Source: Tubulanus polymorphus (lineage: Eukaryota > Animalia > Nemertea). From it: a DNA stretch of 64,000 nt. The stretch is taken from assembly GCF_964204645.1 (NCBI RefSeq), contig NC_134033.1, positions 2,376,131 through 2,440,130 on the forward strand. The letters are read 5' to 3'. A model generated the notes under the pieces. The model did not search any database, was not told the DNA's origin, and saw only the letters and a list, made by a program, of their open reading frames with translations. Shown here in pieces: positions 12,301 through 26,000 of the stretch. Position 1 is the stretch's first letter; every line of letters begins with the position of its first letter. The position numbers and the translations under genes are program-made.

Positions 12301-13994
12301 TCAGGTCAGTAGATTGTTCGATCGTCAGTAGATTGTTTGATCGTCAGTAGATTGTTTGATTGTCAGAAGATTGTTTGATAGCGAACAGTGGCAACAAATA
12401 ATGGAAATCTATAGGAAATGTGGATTACAGTTATTCAGGGGCCAGTTGCAAAGTCTTGACTTAAGTCTTTAAGTTGTCTTAAATCTTAAGACTGGTCTTC
12501 AGTCGTTAGATTGGCTATAGAACTAAGTTGGTCTTAGACTGGTCTTAAGTCTAAGTCATGACTATGCAACCGGCCCCAGGGTCTTAACGACTCCTTCTAA
12601 ATGGATAATGCCTCAGAACACCTTTAATTCGAGCAAAATGCCCGAAACTCCTTTGTAACTCTTTGTAATTGAGTTCATGAAGTCGAGGATAAAGATTTGC
12701 TTATGAGACCACAGGATTACTAGTTTACTGAAATAAACAGTTCAGATTTATTAAAAGTCTACTGTTATTGAGATATAAAAGTGATGCAGACGCTTCCTCA
12801 AAATTTGCTAAAGTTTTCTCCTTGAAAACTCTTTACATCCAGGAAGGACTGATCTGTTGAAACCCTGACAGGGGAAATGGGGGTATAGTGACTCTTCTTG
12901 AAAATCAGGGAAAAATTGGGGAATTGAATCGTAGACCCTTAGTTTTACTTATTTTTAACGGTGACTGATTTATTTCAGGGTCATCATCGCGTGAACGTGC
13001 AGAAGAAACTGCACGAGACTCACAACTGCGTCGTGCAGACGATGCGCGACACGTATAAAGTATTCCAGGGCGATACCGGCGACGTACAGAACCACTGGCA
13101 CCGGTACACCGAGAAAATGGACCGCATGGTCGAAGAGGCGTTCCGTTTGAATGTCAAGTGGTCGCTGCAGGAATTATCGCGCGCGATTAACGGCGACGGA
13201 AAGAGCGCCCCGAATCCGCTGTTCAGGGTGAAGGTCGTTCTCGACGGCGACAAGGTGAGAATTGCGTTAAAACTCAACTGCAGTGATTGTGTTGATATTG
13301 CACCTACTCCGCGGTGCGATGTATCCATGCGATTATTAATTAGTTAAAATCTCTATCGAGAGACAGCCGGTCAAAATATTAATAAGTAATAATACACTGC
13401 ACTACAGCAGGGTGCATACAATATAGAGATATGCTTGTTATACATCGCACTGCAGGGTAGATACAATATGCCTGTCATACATTGCGCTTGGGTGGAATTT
13501 TCCAAAATTTTCAATCATCTCCTGCCGGAGTTAGTTGCTCAAAAGTTGGTTAAAGATAACCGGTCGTTGAATACCATAGTAACAATGAAATTTCAATTGT
13601 CACCATATCAACTATCCACTGGTTAACTCTAACCAACTTTTGAGCAACCGGCCCCTGAGAGGTTATGTTTATAAATATACGGTGGAAAACTAGCTACCTG
13701 ATAAAATAGTGACTGAATACAAAAAGATATAGTCGTTGACGCAATTTTCTATTGATTTTCAGGTCGAATTTGCTCCGACGTTGAAACAGTTGGCGACGAT
13801 CGTCAGCAGCATCGGTCCGCATTTAACTCAAGCTATATCCGGAATTCTGCGTCTGCCCGATATACTGACGCGCAAGAAATCCAGCAGATTGGTACGCTTT
13901 CACTTCAATACCTCCGTTCTAACCCACTGGCCCTGAACCTGATTTACTCTCCTTGCGCTTTATAAATTCTATTATTATTATGATTATTATTATA

Positions 13995-14027
<33 letters not shown>

Positions 14028-17000
14028 TGAAAATTCTATAAAGATTATGAAAAATTGATATCATTGCGATATTATTATTTCGTTTTTTTAGCCGATTCAC
14101 GACGTGGTCGCGCGAGACGAAGAGATCAAGAAAATACAGAACGCGATAAACGCGGGAATGCAAGCGAACGCGGAGAACTTACAGAAATATCTGAGCACGT
14201 GGGATAATTACCGAGAAATCTGGGAGATTCATAAAGACGCTTTCATTCGTAGATATCAACGATTGAATCCGTTGGTTTCGTCGTTCGACGCTGATATAGC
14301 CAGGTGATTTATTTTCATCGGAATGATATATTTTGTATTTTTTTTATGGTTGTCGGGCTTCCATGAGACCCTTATTCTCGAACTGTCTGGGCCAACTTCG
14401 GTTTTCGTAGCTAGTCGACTAGTGGTCGGAACTAATAACTGAACACACTCGAGGTCGGTCGTAACGTATTTCACAGTGTCGGCCATCTTGAACCTAGGTC
14501 TGAACTGTAGCGACCGTGCTCAATTCGACCATTTCCGGACTATAGTTCCGACTAACGGACATTTGGTTGCATTTAGTTCGACTATAGTCGACTAACTCGA
14601 TAACCGAAGGTGGCCCTGTCTGTCTTTCAGCTACTTAGCTTTGTTAATAGTGGGTCAATCTTGATGGAACTCGGGTACAATGTTAGTGTGGTGGGTTTAG
14701 TTGTGCAGTGCAATGAATTTGGCACTAAAAACTTATGTTTTCAGACATATCACCTTGAAGATGACCTCATAACTGAGGAATGGGGCCGAAATTCAAAAAG
14801 TTTTTGTGGCAAAATCAAGCAATTGGCGCAACGTACAACACTGAGTCTGAGCCTGAGCCTGAGCCCGAGAACTGTTATTACCTATGGCTTGTTTCAATTA
14901 GGCCTAACATTGGATGTTTGTTTCAAAATCAAAATTGCAATTGCGTCTCCCTGCAGGAGTGATAACTGATTAAGTGGCAGGGGGGTTGATACCAGAAACA
15001 AAGAATAAGTTTATTCGAGCACTATATGAATGTCAATTGCTATTCTTATTGTTAACCCTTTCAGTGCGTCTACACCGCAATGCGATATATAAATCAGTGA
15101 TGGATTTTGCTAGTACACCGCACTGCGGTGCATTGATTTAATTAGTAATTAGTAATTATGTCTGTTGAAAGATGGCAGCACCTGTCAAACATAGTGAAAT
15201 ATTAGTAACTAATGATACACCGCGCCGTGGTGTAGACGCATTATAGTGCTATTCCCGTTATTCAGAGCTCAGACCACTATTCCAAAATCTTCTATATCCT
15301 ATAGTAAAAACAAGAAATTCGAGAGTTTAGTTCATATATAAGCGCGTAAATTCAGGGGAAATCCTGCTTATGGCTCATAGGCCAGCATCTTAGCTACGCA
15401 TTGAAGTGGTTTTCGCCCACATACCCAACCTAACTTTTGAAATAATCAACTCTTTAGAAAGGAGGGGTATCCCAGTACAGGTATGCCAGTACATCCGAGC
15501 CAAATATCTAAGGGAATCCCCCACCGTGTTTGGTACCCTTACTCCAAGCAAAAAAAGTCCAGGGAATCCCTTATTTCATCATCAATCTGTCTCTCAGGAT
15601 CAATGGATTTCATACATATAACCGAAATTCGTTACCTACCGGTATCCCATTTGCAGAAATTATGGCAACATTTATGGGGGACCTCTTCTTCACTTTAGGT
15701 ACTATTTTTGGGGTCCAGCCCTACGCATCTTCGAGCTACTAACCTAATTGTGGTCTGATGCCTTCAACACACTAGGGTGGAATTTTCCCAAAGGTTCACG
15801 TTTTCTCAAGCACAATAGGGTATTAATTAATCAGCACGGAAAGGGTTAAACCTTACTCGGAACTGACCCTGTTTGAACAACTCTTATTCTAAGGCTTCAC
15901 TTAGTGATAATTTATAAATTGTCTCTGGCAGATACACGGAAGTAGCGAACAACGTACAAACGCAGGAGACGATCCTGAACATACAGTTCGTGTTACTGGA
16001 CTGCTCGCCGCTGAAATACTCGATCCTCGGCCACTGTCAGGAGTGGCAGAACAAATTCACGACTCTCCTACGAGAAATCGCTACCAGTCGATTGAAAGAA
16101 CTACACGAATATCTGAAAACTAACGCCGAAAAGTAAGTCAATTATGTTTAATCGGTTTTACGACAAAAGAAATGTCGTCTGCTACCCTCTAGATTGAACT
16201 TAACCGTATAGATGGCAGAAGAATTTCTCAGAACTTACAGACCAACTTTTCAGCAAATGGCCCCTAAGGCATAGGAGCAGACGGATTGGTTAACATTAGG
16301 TTGGGTTATCAAATAATATATTTCAATAAATTGTTTATGAATAAATGTTTTCTATTTCTCTGCTACAGTGTCAGTAAACCGCCGCAGACGCTCGACGAAC
16401 TCGGCGAAAGTTTGAATCTATTGGACAATTTGAACGGCAGTTTGTCGGAGGTGGAGGGTAAATTCCAACCGCTGCACGACCAGTTCTCGATATTACACAA
16501 ATACGAAGTGCCGATTCCTGAAGAGGTGAGTTTACCGAGAGTAGGGCGTTGCGTGTGACAAAATCGAAATGATTTCAAAAATCAAAATGCCTTTTGAAAT
16601 GACTAGATAAATTGCTGATATCATTGATAATCTAGGAAACAATCATAGCCAAAAACTCTCCTAGAATTAATTTTTGATTGAATAGAGATATATCATATCT
16701 TCATCCTTTATTTGGGCCAATTTCGCAGTTCTTGTCATTGTACGTCCTAAAATTGCCTGCAATTTTGGCGCTAGTCTTGAGTTCATAACTTGTTTCATGA
16801 TCCTATGAAGTTTTACTGTCAAGAACTATGGAACTATGGGTGGTTGGGGCGACACAAATCTGAATTGTTTTGTATATCAATGTTTGTATTTATTTATCTA
16901 GGTTGAAGTGATGTTGGATGATTTGAGTAACGAATGGGTGGCGTTCCAGCAGACGTTGATCGACGCGGACGCCATGTTGAAGAAACACAAAGAGAAGTTT

Positions 17001-20000
17001 AAAACTCAGTTACTCGCGCAGGCCGACGAGTACAAGAAACAAGTGGCAAATCTTAGTCTCGATTTCCATACGAAGGGTGAGTCGTTAAATTTCAGGTCAA
17101 ATGACTGGTCTCAGGTTGTCAGAAATTAGCTCAGCGTGGTCTCAGGTTGTCAGAAATTAGCTCAGCGTGGTCTTAAGTTGTCAGAAATTAGCTCAGCGTG
17201 GTCTTAAGTTGTCAGAAATTAGCTCAGCGTGGTCTCAAGTTGTCAGAAATTAGCTCAGCGCGGTCTCAGGTTGTCAGAAATTAGCTCAGCGTGGTCTTAA
17301 GTTGTCAGAAATTAGCTCAGCGTGGTCTTAAGTTGTCAGAAATTAGCTCAGCGTGGTCTCAAGTTGTCAGAAATTAGCTCAGCGTGGTCTTAAGTTGTCA
17401 GAAATGAGCTCTGCGTGGTCTTAAGTTGTCAGAAATGAGCTCAGCGTGGTCTTAAATTGTCAGAAATGAGCTCAGCGTGGTCTTAAATTGTCAGAAATTA
17501 GCTCAGCGTGGTCTCAGGTTGTCAGAAATTAGCTCAGCGTGGTCTTAAGTTGTCAGAAATTAGCTTTGAGTGGTCATGAGTTGTTGAATCCAAAATGGGT
17601 CTAGAGTGGTTCTGAATGTTAGTAAGCCTTACTGGCCCAGATTGATTATTTTTCTGGGGCAGTTCATTAACACTAGAAAAGGCCTTCTTGGCAAGAAAAT
17701 TTTTTTTCTTCAAAATACCCCTATCCCCCTTTCTTTCACCCTGACCTGAGCTCATCCCTAACCTTCCCACCAACTCTGATCCTAGCCCCCACTGGGATTT
17801 GAACCTGGGTCTCCAAGTTGCAAACCCTGTGTCCTACCACCAGACCACAGAACTCTGGTGATTGATTGTGTTCGTAAGTTTGTCTGGTCAGTGTGGTGAC
17901 CAGTCAGCTGTAGCGACTGGTGACCAGTCAGGTGTGAGGTGACCAGTCAGGTGTGGCGACCAGTGGACTGATTATCAAATACACTATTCACTAATAATAC
18001 CCCTATCCTATCATTCTCTGATTGCTGTTAGGCTGTAGAACCAAAATAAGCTTAGACTGGTCTTCTGACAATGGTCTCTAATTATCTAATCGTCTCATCC
18101 AAATATGTCTACTCAACTATCAAACTGAGCTACAAAACCTAAATGTGCTTCCGCCCAAAACTGTGGAACTGGGTCCAGTGTCAAATCAAACCCCCACAAC
18201 TGTGGAACTGGGTTCAGAGGCGAATAGATCCCACACAAGTGTGGAACTTGATCCAGAGTGAAATTAAGCCCACACAACTGTGGAACTGGATCCAGAGTTT
18301 AAATTAAACCCACACAACTGTGGAACTGTATCCAGAGACAAATTAAACCCACACAACTGGGACCAGAGACAAATCCTATCCACACAACTGGAACTGGGTT
18401 TAGAATCAAATTAAACCCACACAACTGTGAAAATGTATCCAGAGACAAACCCACACAACTGGGACCAGAGACAAATCCAATCCACACAACTGTGGAACTG
18501 GGTTAAGAGTCTAAATTAAACCCACACAACTGTCCCGATATATTTCAGGTCCGTTCAGTAGTCAGGTGGTGACCGACGATGCTCTGGCGCAGATCACCGA
18601 ATATTTCAGTCAGATGAGCGCTCTCAAAGAGGAGGACGCTCGAATCCGACGCGGTCTCGGAATATTCAAAATCGAACAACCGCCGAACAAAGAGATGGAG
18701 AAATTGGAGAAAGACCTCGAACACGTGCAGACCGTCTGGGAACTGACGAAAGAGTGGGAAACGTCGTGGGGAACGTGGAAGGTCGGAAAGTTCGTCGAGC
18801 TGCAGACGGACGAAATGGAAACGATGTCCGTTCAACTTTATAAAAAACTCGCGAAACTTGGACGAGAACTTAAGGTAAAAAATACCTTAGATCTAAGAAG
18901 GATTTTAGACACACGTGTGTTTAATTGGCTTCGATTTAAGCAAAATAGGGAAAATGGCGCTTAAGTTCGTTTTGAAGCCCTGTTTGCGGAAAATCTCTAA
19001 TTCTCATTTTAAAATGGACTATTATGTTATGCCTTATTTCACTCAAAGTCGGTCGTAGGGAAATATGTTATTATTCGAAATTGAATTGATTTATGTGTTG
19101 GTGATGTGATTTCAAAATCAAAATTTTTTGTTGTTGAAATATTGCAGGATAAGAATTGGGAAATCGTCGAAGTCAGCAGAACGAAAGTCGACCAGTTCAA
19201 GCGTACGATGCCGTTGATTCAAGATTTGAAAACCCCGGCGATGAGAACCAGACATTGGGATCAAATCAAGGTTCGTAGTTGAATTGGAAATTGAAAAAAA
19301 AAACCGATTCAAAATTCAACCTTGTCTCCTACCCGCTAGACTTACCCTAAAGATGGCAACACTGTCGCTATCATCGTGTGGAAGTACAAATAGATCGTCT
19401 GCTACCAATTAGATTAAACTAATAGATCGTCTGCTATCCCTAAACTTTACCCTATAGATGGCACCACCGTCTGTCAACGTATAGCGGTATAGATAAATAT
19501 ACGCTACCCAGCCATAGACGGTTATAGATGGCGACACTGGCGCCTTCTAACTGTTAGTTTGAACTTAATCATATAGATAGCAGAACTGCTCATACCGATA
19601 TTGCTTTTTCCTAAACATCCCCTTAAATCTCAGGTATAGATGGGTGCGGTCATCAATGGGTTGAAATGATTGGTTTGTCAAATGAAATATATTCAAATAT
19701 TTTTTTTTTTTTTTGGCAGACGGAAATGGCGAAACAGTTCGAACCGACGTCCGACGAATTCACGCTCGAGAAGATCATCGAATTCGGTTTCGATCAGTAC
19801 AGCGAGCAGATCGGTGATATTTCGGGAGCCGCGAGGAAGGAGCTGCAGATCGAACAGGCTTTAGAAGCGATTAATCAAACGTGGGAGACGACTGAGTTAG
19901 ACATAGCTCCTTATAAAGACAAAGGGCATTATAAACTCCGGTAGGAATCAATCTGCTCTTTTATGTCACTTGCTCCGATTTGCGAACTACTGGGCCATGA

Positions 20001-23000
20001 TTTATAGACTGAGTATGAAAGTTATCCCTAGGGGTAAATGCTCAACCGGGGCCCGGTTTTGTAGACTGACTATCAAAGTATTCGCCAGGGGTAAAACCTC
20101 AACCTGGGCCCGGTTTCATAGACTGGATATCTAAGTTATCCTTAGGGATAAATCCCAACCTGGGTGACAACCACCGATAGTAACAATGAGAAACCGAGGT
20201 AGTAAATGACAAATCTAAAAAATATTACCGAGGATTTTATTGCCTTTTTGTCGACTCCTCGAAAAACCAGATCTACCAGACGATCTTACTCATTTCCTGT
20301 GCTCTGTGTAGATTCTGTGTTATGATGCTAAACATGACAGTTGAAAAAAAGCCTTTTATATGATGCTTTTCGCAGAATTCTGAGTGGAGGATCTGTACTC
20401 CAAGTAATTGATAAAAGCCTTAGTGTTACTAGTTTAATCATGCTTTGATTGAATTTTACATTATCATTAAAAGCATCAATACGATATTTCTCCGTATTCA
20501 GGTCGACAGACGACGTCTTCCAGAACCTAGAAGACGGACAAGTTCAACTGTCGACGATGAAAGCGTCGCGATTCGTGAAAGCGTTCGAATCGGACGTCGA
20601 CCGCTGGGAGCGCACGCTGTCGCACATCCTCGAGGCCGTCGAGATGATCCTCACTGTGCAACGACAGTGGATGTACCTCGAGAACATCTTCCTCGGCGAG
20701 GACATCCGCAAACAGCTGCCGCGCGAGTCGGCCGAATTCGACGACGTCAACACGAAATGGAAGGAGATCATGACGCGCGTGAACAAAGACCGCAACGCGC
20801 TGCGCGGCACGCACCACGCCGGCCTGCTCGATACGTTGAACGACATGAACGTGAAATTGGAGGAGATCCAGAAATCGTTGGACATGTACCTGGAAACGAA
20901 ACGGCAGATATTCCCGCGTTTCTATTTCCTGTCGAACGACGATCTGTTGGAGATACTCGGCCAGTCGAAGAATCCCGAGGCCGTGCAGCCGCATTTGAAG
21001 AAGTGTTTCGACAATATCAAGTCGTTGAAGATGAGTAAAGCGGGAATTAGTCAGAAGTACGAAGCGGCCGGAATGTTCTCAGCAGACGGGGAATACGTGG
21101 AATACAGTCACCCGGTCATGTTAGACGGACCCGTCGAGGTAAGGCGCCACTTATTAACCCAATTGTTAAAAAAATGCTTTGAAATCTGTTCCAATTCGCC
21201 AGGATTATTCTAAGGGTCTAGTGTTTCTAAGGGTCTAACCTTTCTCAGCCACAGAGCGGCCCAATGTCCCTGATTTTTCAGCGTTTTAAGTTCTTTCTTC
21301 TGATTTGTTTATCTCTGGAACACATTGAATAAACACTTCAATTAGGGGCCATTCATGAAGAACATTTGTATGAAAACTATGGGTAGGGGGTTTGAAAAAT
21401 AGGCCACTTCATCCTAGCTACGAATAGAGGCTAGAAATCAGCAAAATTGACAGATTTTATCCCCCCCTACAAATAAATAGAAAATGTTTTCATCAACATT
21501 GGTAAGAATATCTTTTGAGGCATGGTATGTGAAATTTTATCCCCATAAATGGCCTACGTAGGTAAAAAGATTTGATATTTATATTTTGTTTCAAGGCGTG
21601 GTTATGCGATATCGAGCGCGCGATGCGATGGAATTTGAAGGAGATTCTGAAAGAGGTTCGCGTCGCGTTGAGACGCGCGTTGACGAAACGCGACAAATGG
21701 ATTAAAGAATGGTGCGGTCAGCTGTGCATCACGGCCAGTCAGATGCAGTGGACGGCGGACGTGACGAAGGCGTTACAATCGACGAAGGACCGCGGCGACA
21801 AACGAGCGCTGAAGAGTATGAAAAAGAAACAGGTTCGTTATTTTGAAATTTGAATATTCAACGTTCAGTTTTGTTGATTAGACTTGAAATTCAAATCAAC
21901 CCAGTTCTACGTACTTGAGATTTAAAGACATTTTCTTTTGAAGAATTCAACTTTTGTTTGTTGAAAAAGTTTGAGTAAATTATTTCTTTCATGAAGGTCC
22001 TGGGGCCTGTTGCATAGTCGTGGCTTAGAAATAAGACCCGTCTCTAAGACCAACGTAGTTCTAAAAGCCTATCTAACAACTTAAGACCAGTCTTGAGATT
22101 TAAGACCACTTTGGACTTAAGTCACGACTGTGCAACTGGACCCAGTTAAAAATCTTAAGACTGGTCTTAAGTTGTGGGATTGACTTAGATGGTCTCAGAC
22201 TGACGGATTCAGAGTTTTTTATTCGACTACTATCCTCTAATCTCTTCTCTCACCAGGTGGCGATGCTGAACAAATTTTCCGAAGCGATTCGCGGCAACCT
22301 GTCGAAGCTGCAGCGTTTGAAGATCGTCGCGATGGTTACGATCGACGTGCACGCTCGCGATATCATCGAGAAACTGATTAAAACGGGTTGCAACGACGTG
22401 ACGGCGTTCGAGTGGTTGAGTCAGCTGCGTATGTACTGGGATCGAGAGATGGACGACGCCGTCGTCAGGCAGACGAACACTCAGTTCCAATACGGCTACG
22501 AATACCTCGGTAATTCCGGTCGTCTGGTCATCACTCCTCTGACCGATAGGTGCGTATTCATTAGTTATCGATAGTTACTAATTATCTATTGATAGTATTT
22601 GATCACTTATTGGTCACTTATTGATAGTTATTGATAATAATTGATTTCTTATTGGTCACTAAGTGATCACTTATTGATAGATATTGGTAGCAATTGATCA
22701 CTTGTTGGTCACTTATTGATAGTTATTGATAATAATTGATTTCTTATTGGTCACTAAGTGATCACTTATTGATAGTTATTGGTAGCAATTGATCACTTAT
22801 TGGTCACTTATTGATAATTATTGAACGGTTTTGATTAGTCATTTGTTACTTATATATTTTGGCCCTTCATCATGAGAAGCTTATGTACGGCATGTCGTAT
22901 TTATATTAAAACCTGAGATAGGGTATACTTTGAAGAAAAAAATGACCATTTATGAATGAATGCTGAAAAGACTTAGATGGCGTGGAATAAAAAACCCGTT

Positions 23001-26000
23001 ATTGCTGCTTTGCTGCTATATTTATTCCTTGAATTTTTTTCTGATTCAGATGTTACTTCAATAATTTCTGTAATTCTCTACAGTTTGAATGTGAAGGATT
23101 TTGCTAGGCAGAAAACCCGTTATCGCTGCTTTGCAGCTATATTCATTCCTGGAATTGTTTTCTAATTCAGATGTTACATGACTCTGACGACTGCGCTGCA
23201 CTTGCACCGCGGAGGAAGTCCGAAAGGTCCGGCCGGTACCGGTAAAACGGAAACCGTAAAAGATTTGGGTAAAAATCTCGGCAATTACGTCATCGTCGTC
23301 AACTGTTCGGAAGGTCTTGATTATAAATCGATGGGTCGTATGTTCTCAGGTCTCGCGCAGGTACGTTATCAAAAACGAAAAATTGCGCCAAAACTTTGAT
23401 AGAATAATTAGGAATATGTTATGATAACTTTATAGACTTCATTTACTTGTATGTCTTTGCCCCTAAATCTCGCTATGACATCATCAAAGTACCTTTTAGC
23501 AGACAGAATTGAAGAACGATATTTATTTTCCGTAAACTGTACATACAATATAATTGATAATCGATACTATTATTTTTTTATTTTTTTTTTTCATAAATAC
23601 ATGATGTAGGTTCCGAGGGATACAGTGCGAGCCGAAAGGCTGTACTTAGAGAATTAAGGCACTGAAACCCTGCAAGAAAAATGTTTATTACTAGAAATAA
23701 GAATCACTTAGCAATCTGATGATGTTTAGAAAGGCAGATATCTTTTCTGAATGGAATTATCACAAAACTTGAAAAACGAAATGATTGCTTAAATCGCTGT
23801 TCTTAAAACTAACGATAAGAGATTGTTAGATAAATGGTAAAGATGCGATAGATTGAAAATGGTTGATATTCTATTCTGATTGTTTCAGACCGGTGCTTGG
23901 GGTTGTTTCGACGAGTTTAACCGTATCAACATCGAAGTATTGTCGGTCGTAGCTCAGCAGATTCTGTCGATTCTATCGGCGCTCGCCGCCGGCAGCAACC
24001 GATTCGTGTTCGAAGGTCGCGAGATCAATCTCATCTGGTCGTGCGGTATTTTCATCACTATGAATCCGGGTAAGTTTATATGCGAAGCGTTTAGTTGAAT
24101 GGGCAACGTCCAACGCTACTGTAGCAATAGTGGATTCCATTTGTGTTAAATGAGGATCCACAAGGTGTCGCTAGTGTGCAGTAGGACATCAACTACTGCA
24201 GCAATAGAGGATTCCATTTGTGGCAAGTGCAGATCCACCAGATGTCGCTAGCGTGCAGTAGGACATCAACTAATGTTTCAGTAAATTTTATGTTTATTTC
24301 GTGGGTCCTGTGATAACATAATTCAGTTCAGAGTTGATTGATAAGACTGAATGATTGTCACGCCATCTGGTGGGATAGCCGGTGTTGCCGTTCCCCATCG
24401 ACTCAACAGCTCTGAATCCAGTTCATGATTTGTCAATTTTAAATTTCTAAATTTCAGGATACGCCGGACGTACGGAATTGCCGGATAATTTGAAATCGAT
24501 GTTCCGTCCGATTTCGATGGTTGTGCCCGATTCGAATCTAATCGCCGAAATCATTCTCTTCGGTGAAGGATTCAACAACACAAAGGTACGGGGGTCAAAA
24601 ACATTTCATTCAAAACATTAAAAAAAAAATTTTTTTTCTTTAATTTTTTTTGAAGGACTTATGTATATTAAGACTTAGGGTTAGTAAGATTGTCAAAATT
24701 AGAGTCAAATCAAAATTTTGGATCTGGGTCCAGGACTAATCCCAAAGTTTGAGATAAAGTGAGTTCAGTATTGAGTCTTATCTTGAGTTAGAGTTAACTT
24801 CGAGTTCAAATCTGCTCATTTTCTTTGAGTCCAGCCCTTAATCAAATTCAACTAAATTTTTTCTTCAAATATTAAAAGTTCCCAAAAATTCTTTCAGTAA
24901 TTTGTTCACAATTTTAAAAAAAGATTTGAAAGCATTTTTTTTTGAAGGCGTCTTAAACGTTTCGTATTTTCGATTTCTTCCCTGCAGCTACTGGCTAAGA
25001 AAGTGTTCACGCTGTACTCGCTGGCCGTGCAACAACTCTCCAAACAGGATCACTACGACTTCGGCCTGCGCGCGCTCGTCTCCGTGCTGCGTTACGCCGG
25101 CAAAAAGAAACGCCAGAACCCGACGATGGCCGACGAGGAGATACTTCTGCTGTCGATGAAAGATATGAACATCGCCAAGTTGACGTCCGTCGATCTGCCG
25201 CTGTTTAATGGAATCGTTTCGGATTTGTTTCCCGGAATCGAGTTACCGACTATCGATTATAACAAGGTAAAATATTAGAGAATTGATATTTGAATTTGAT
25301 TCAGAGTTGACTCAGGGGCGCCACTGAACTGGACATCCTGGAAAACTCACGGAGTCAGACGAATCTAGATAAAAATCAGGGAACACAGATATAAAATCTC
25401 AAAAATCTTACAAATCTCATTTTGTAAGCCAAAGAGCATATTTTATATGGAATTATGGCAATAAATTATTACTATTATTATTATCAAAACTTGGGGAATT
25501 AGACAAATTTTACTGAAAACCTGGGAATTTTGATAATGTTATTGACCATGTGTTTCTTTATCAATACGTGATTCAATGAAAAATGATTGAATTGTAAACA
25601 TTTTAAACCTAGAAATTTCTCTGATTCACTCAGAGGGGAATTTTTTCAACGTCAAATTATTCTCATTTTTGGTAAAAACTTCTACAAATAGAGATATCAG
25701 GTGCCTGGTCTGGCCAGGCTAATGGGTTTGATACATATCGATATATTTCCAGATTAAATCAGCGATCGAAGCCGAACTGCGGTCGAACGGTCTGCAGGCG
25801 ACGCCGACCAGTATCACGAAGGTTATACAGCTGTATGAGACGAAGAACTCGCGTCACTCGACGATGATCGTCGGCAACACGCAATCGGCGAAATCCGTCA
25901 CGTGGCACACGCTGCAGAACATGTACGGACGTCTGGCTAAAGACGGCGAACCGGGCTTTGTTCCTGTCAAGGTGAATTGAGGTTTCTTTCAGTGTGGGTT

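Noticed and set aside
17784-17855. Functional tRNA gene (also 60292-60361)
   Set aside because: A/B boxes are present, but anticodon and acceptor stems do not pair properly; treated as SINE heads/pseudogenes. tRNAscan-SE would settle it.
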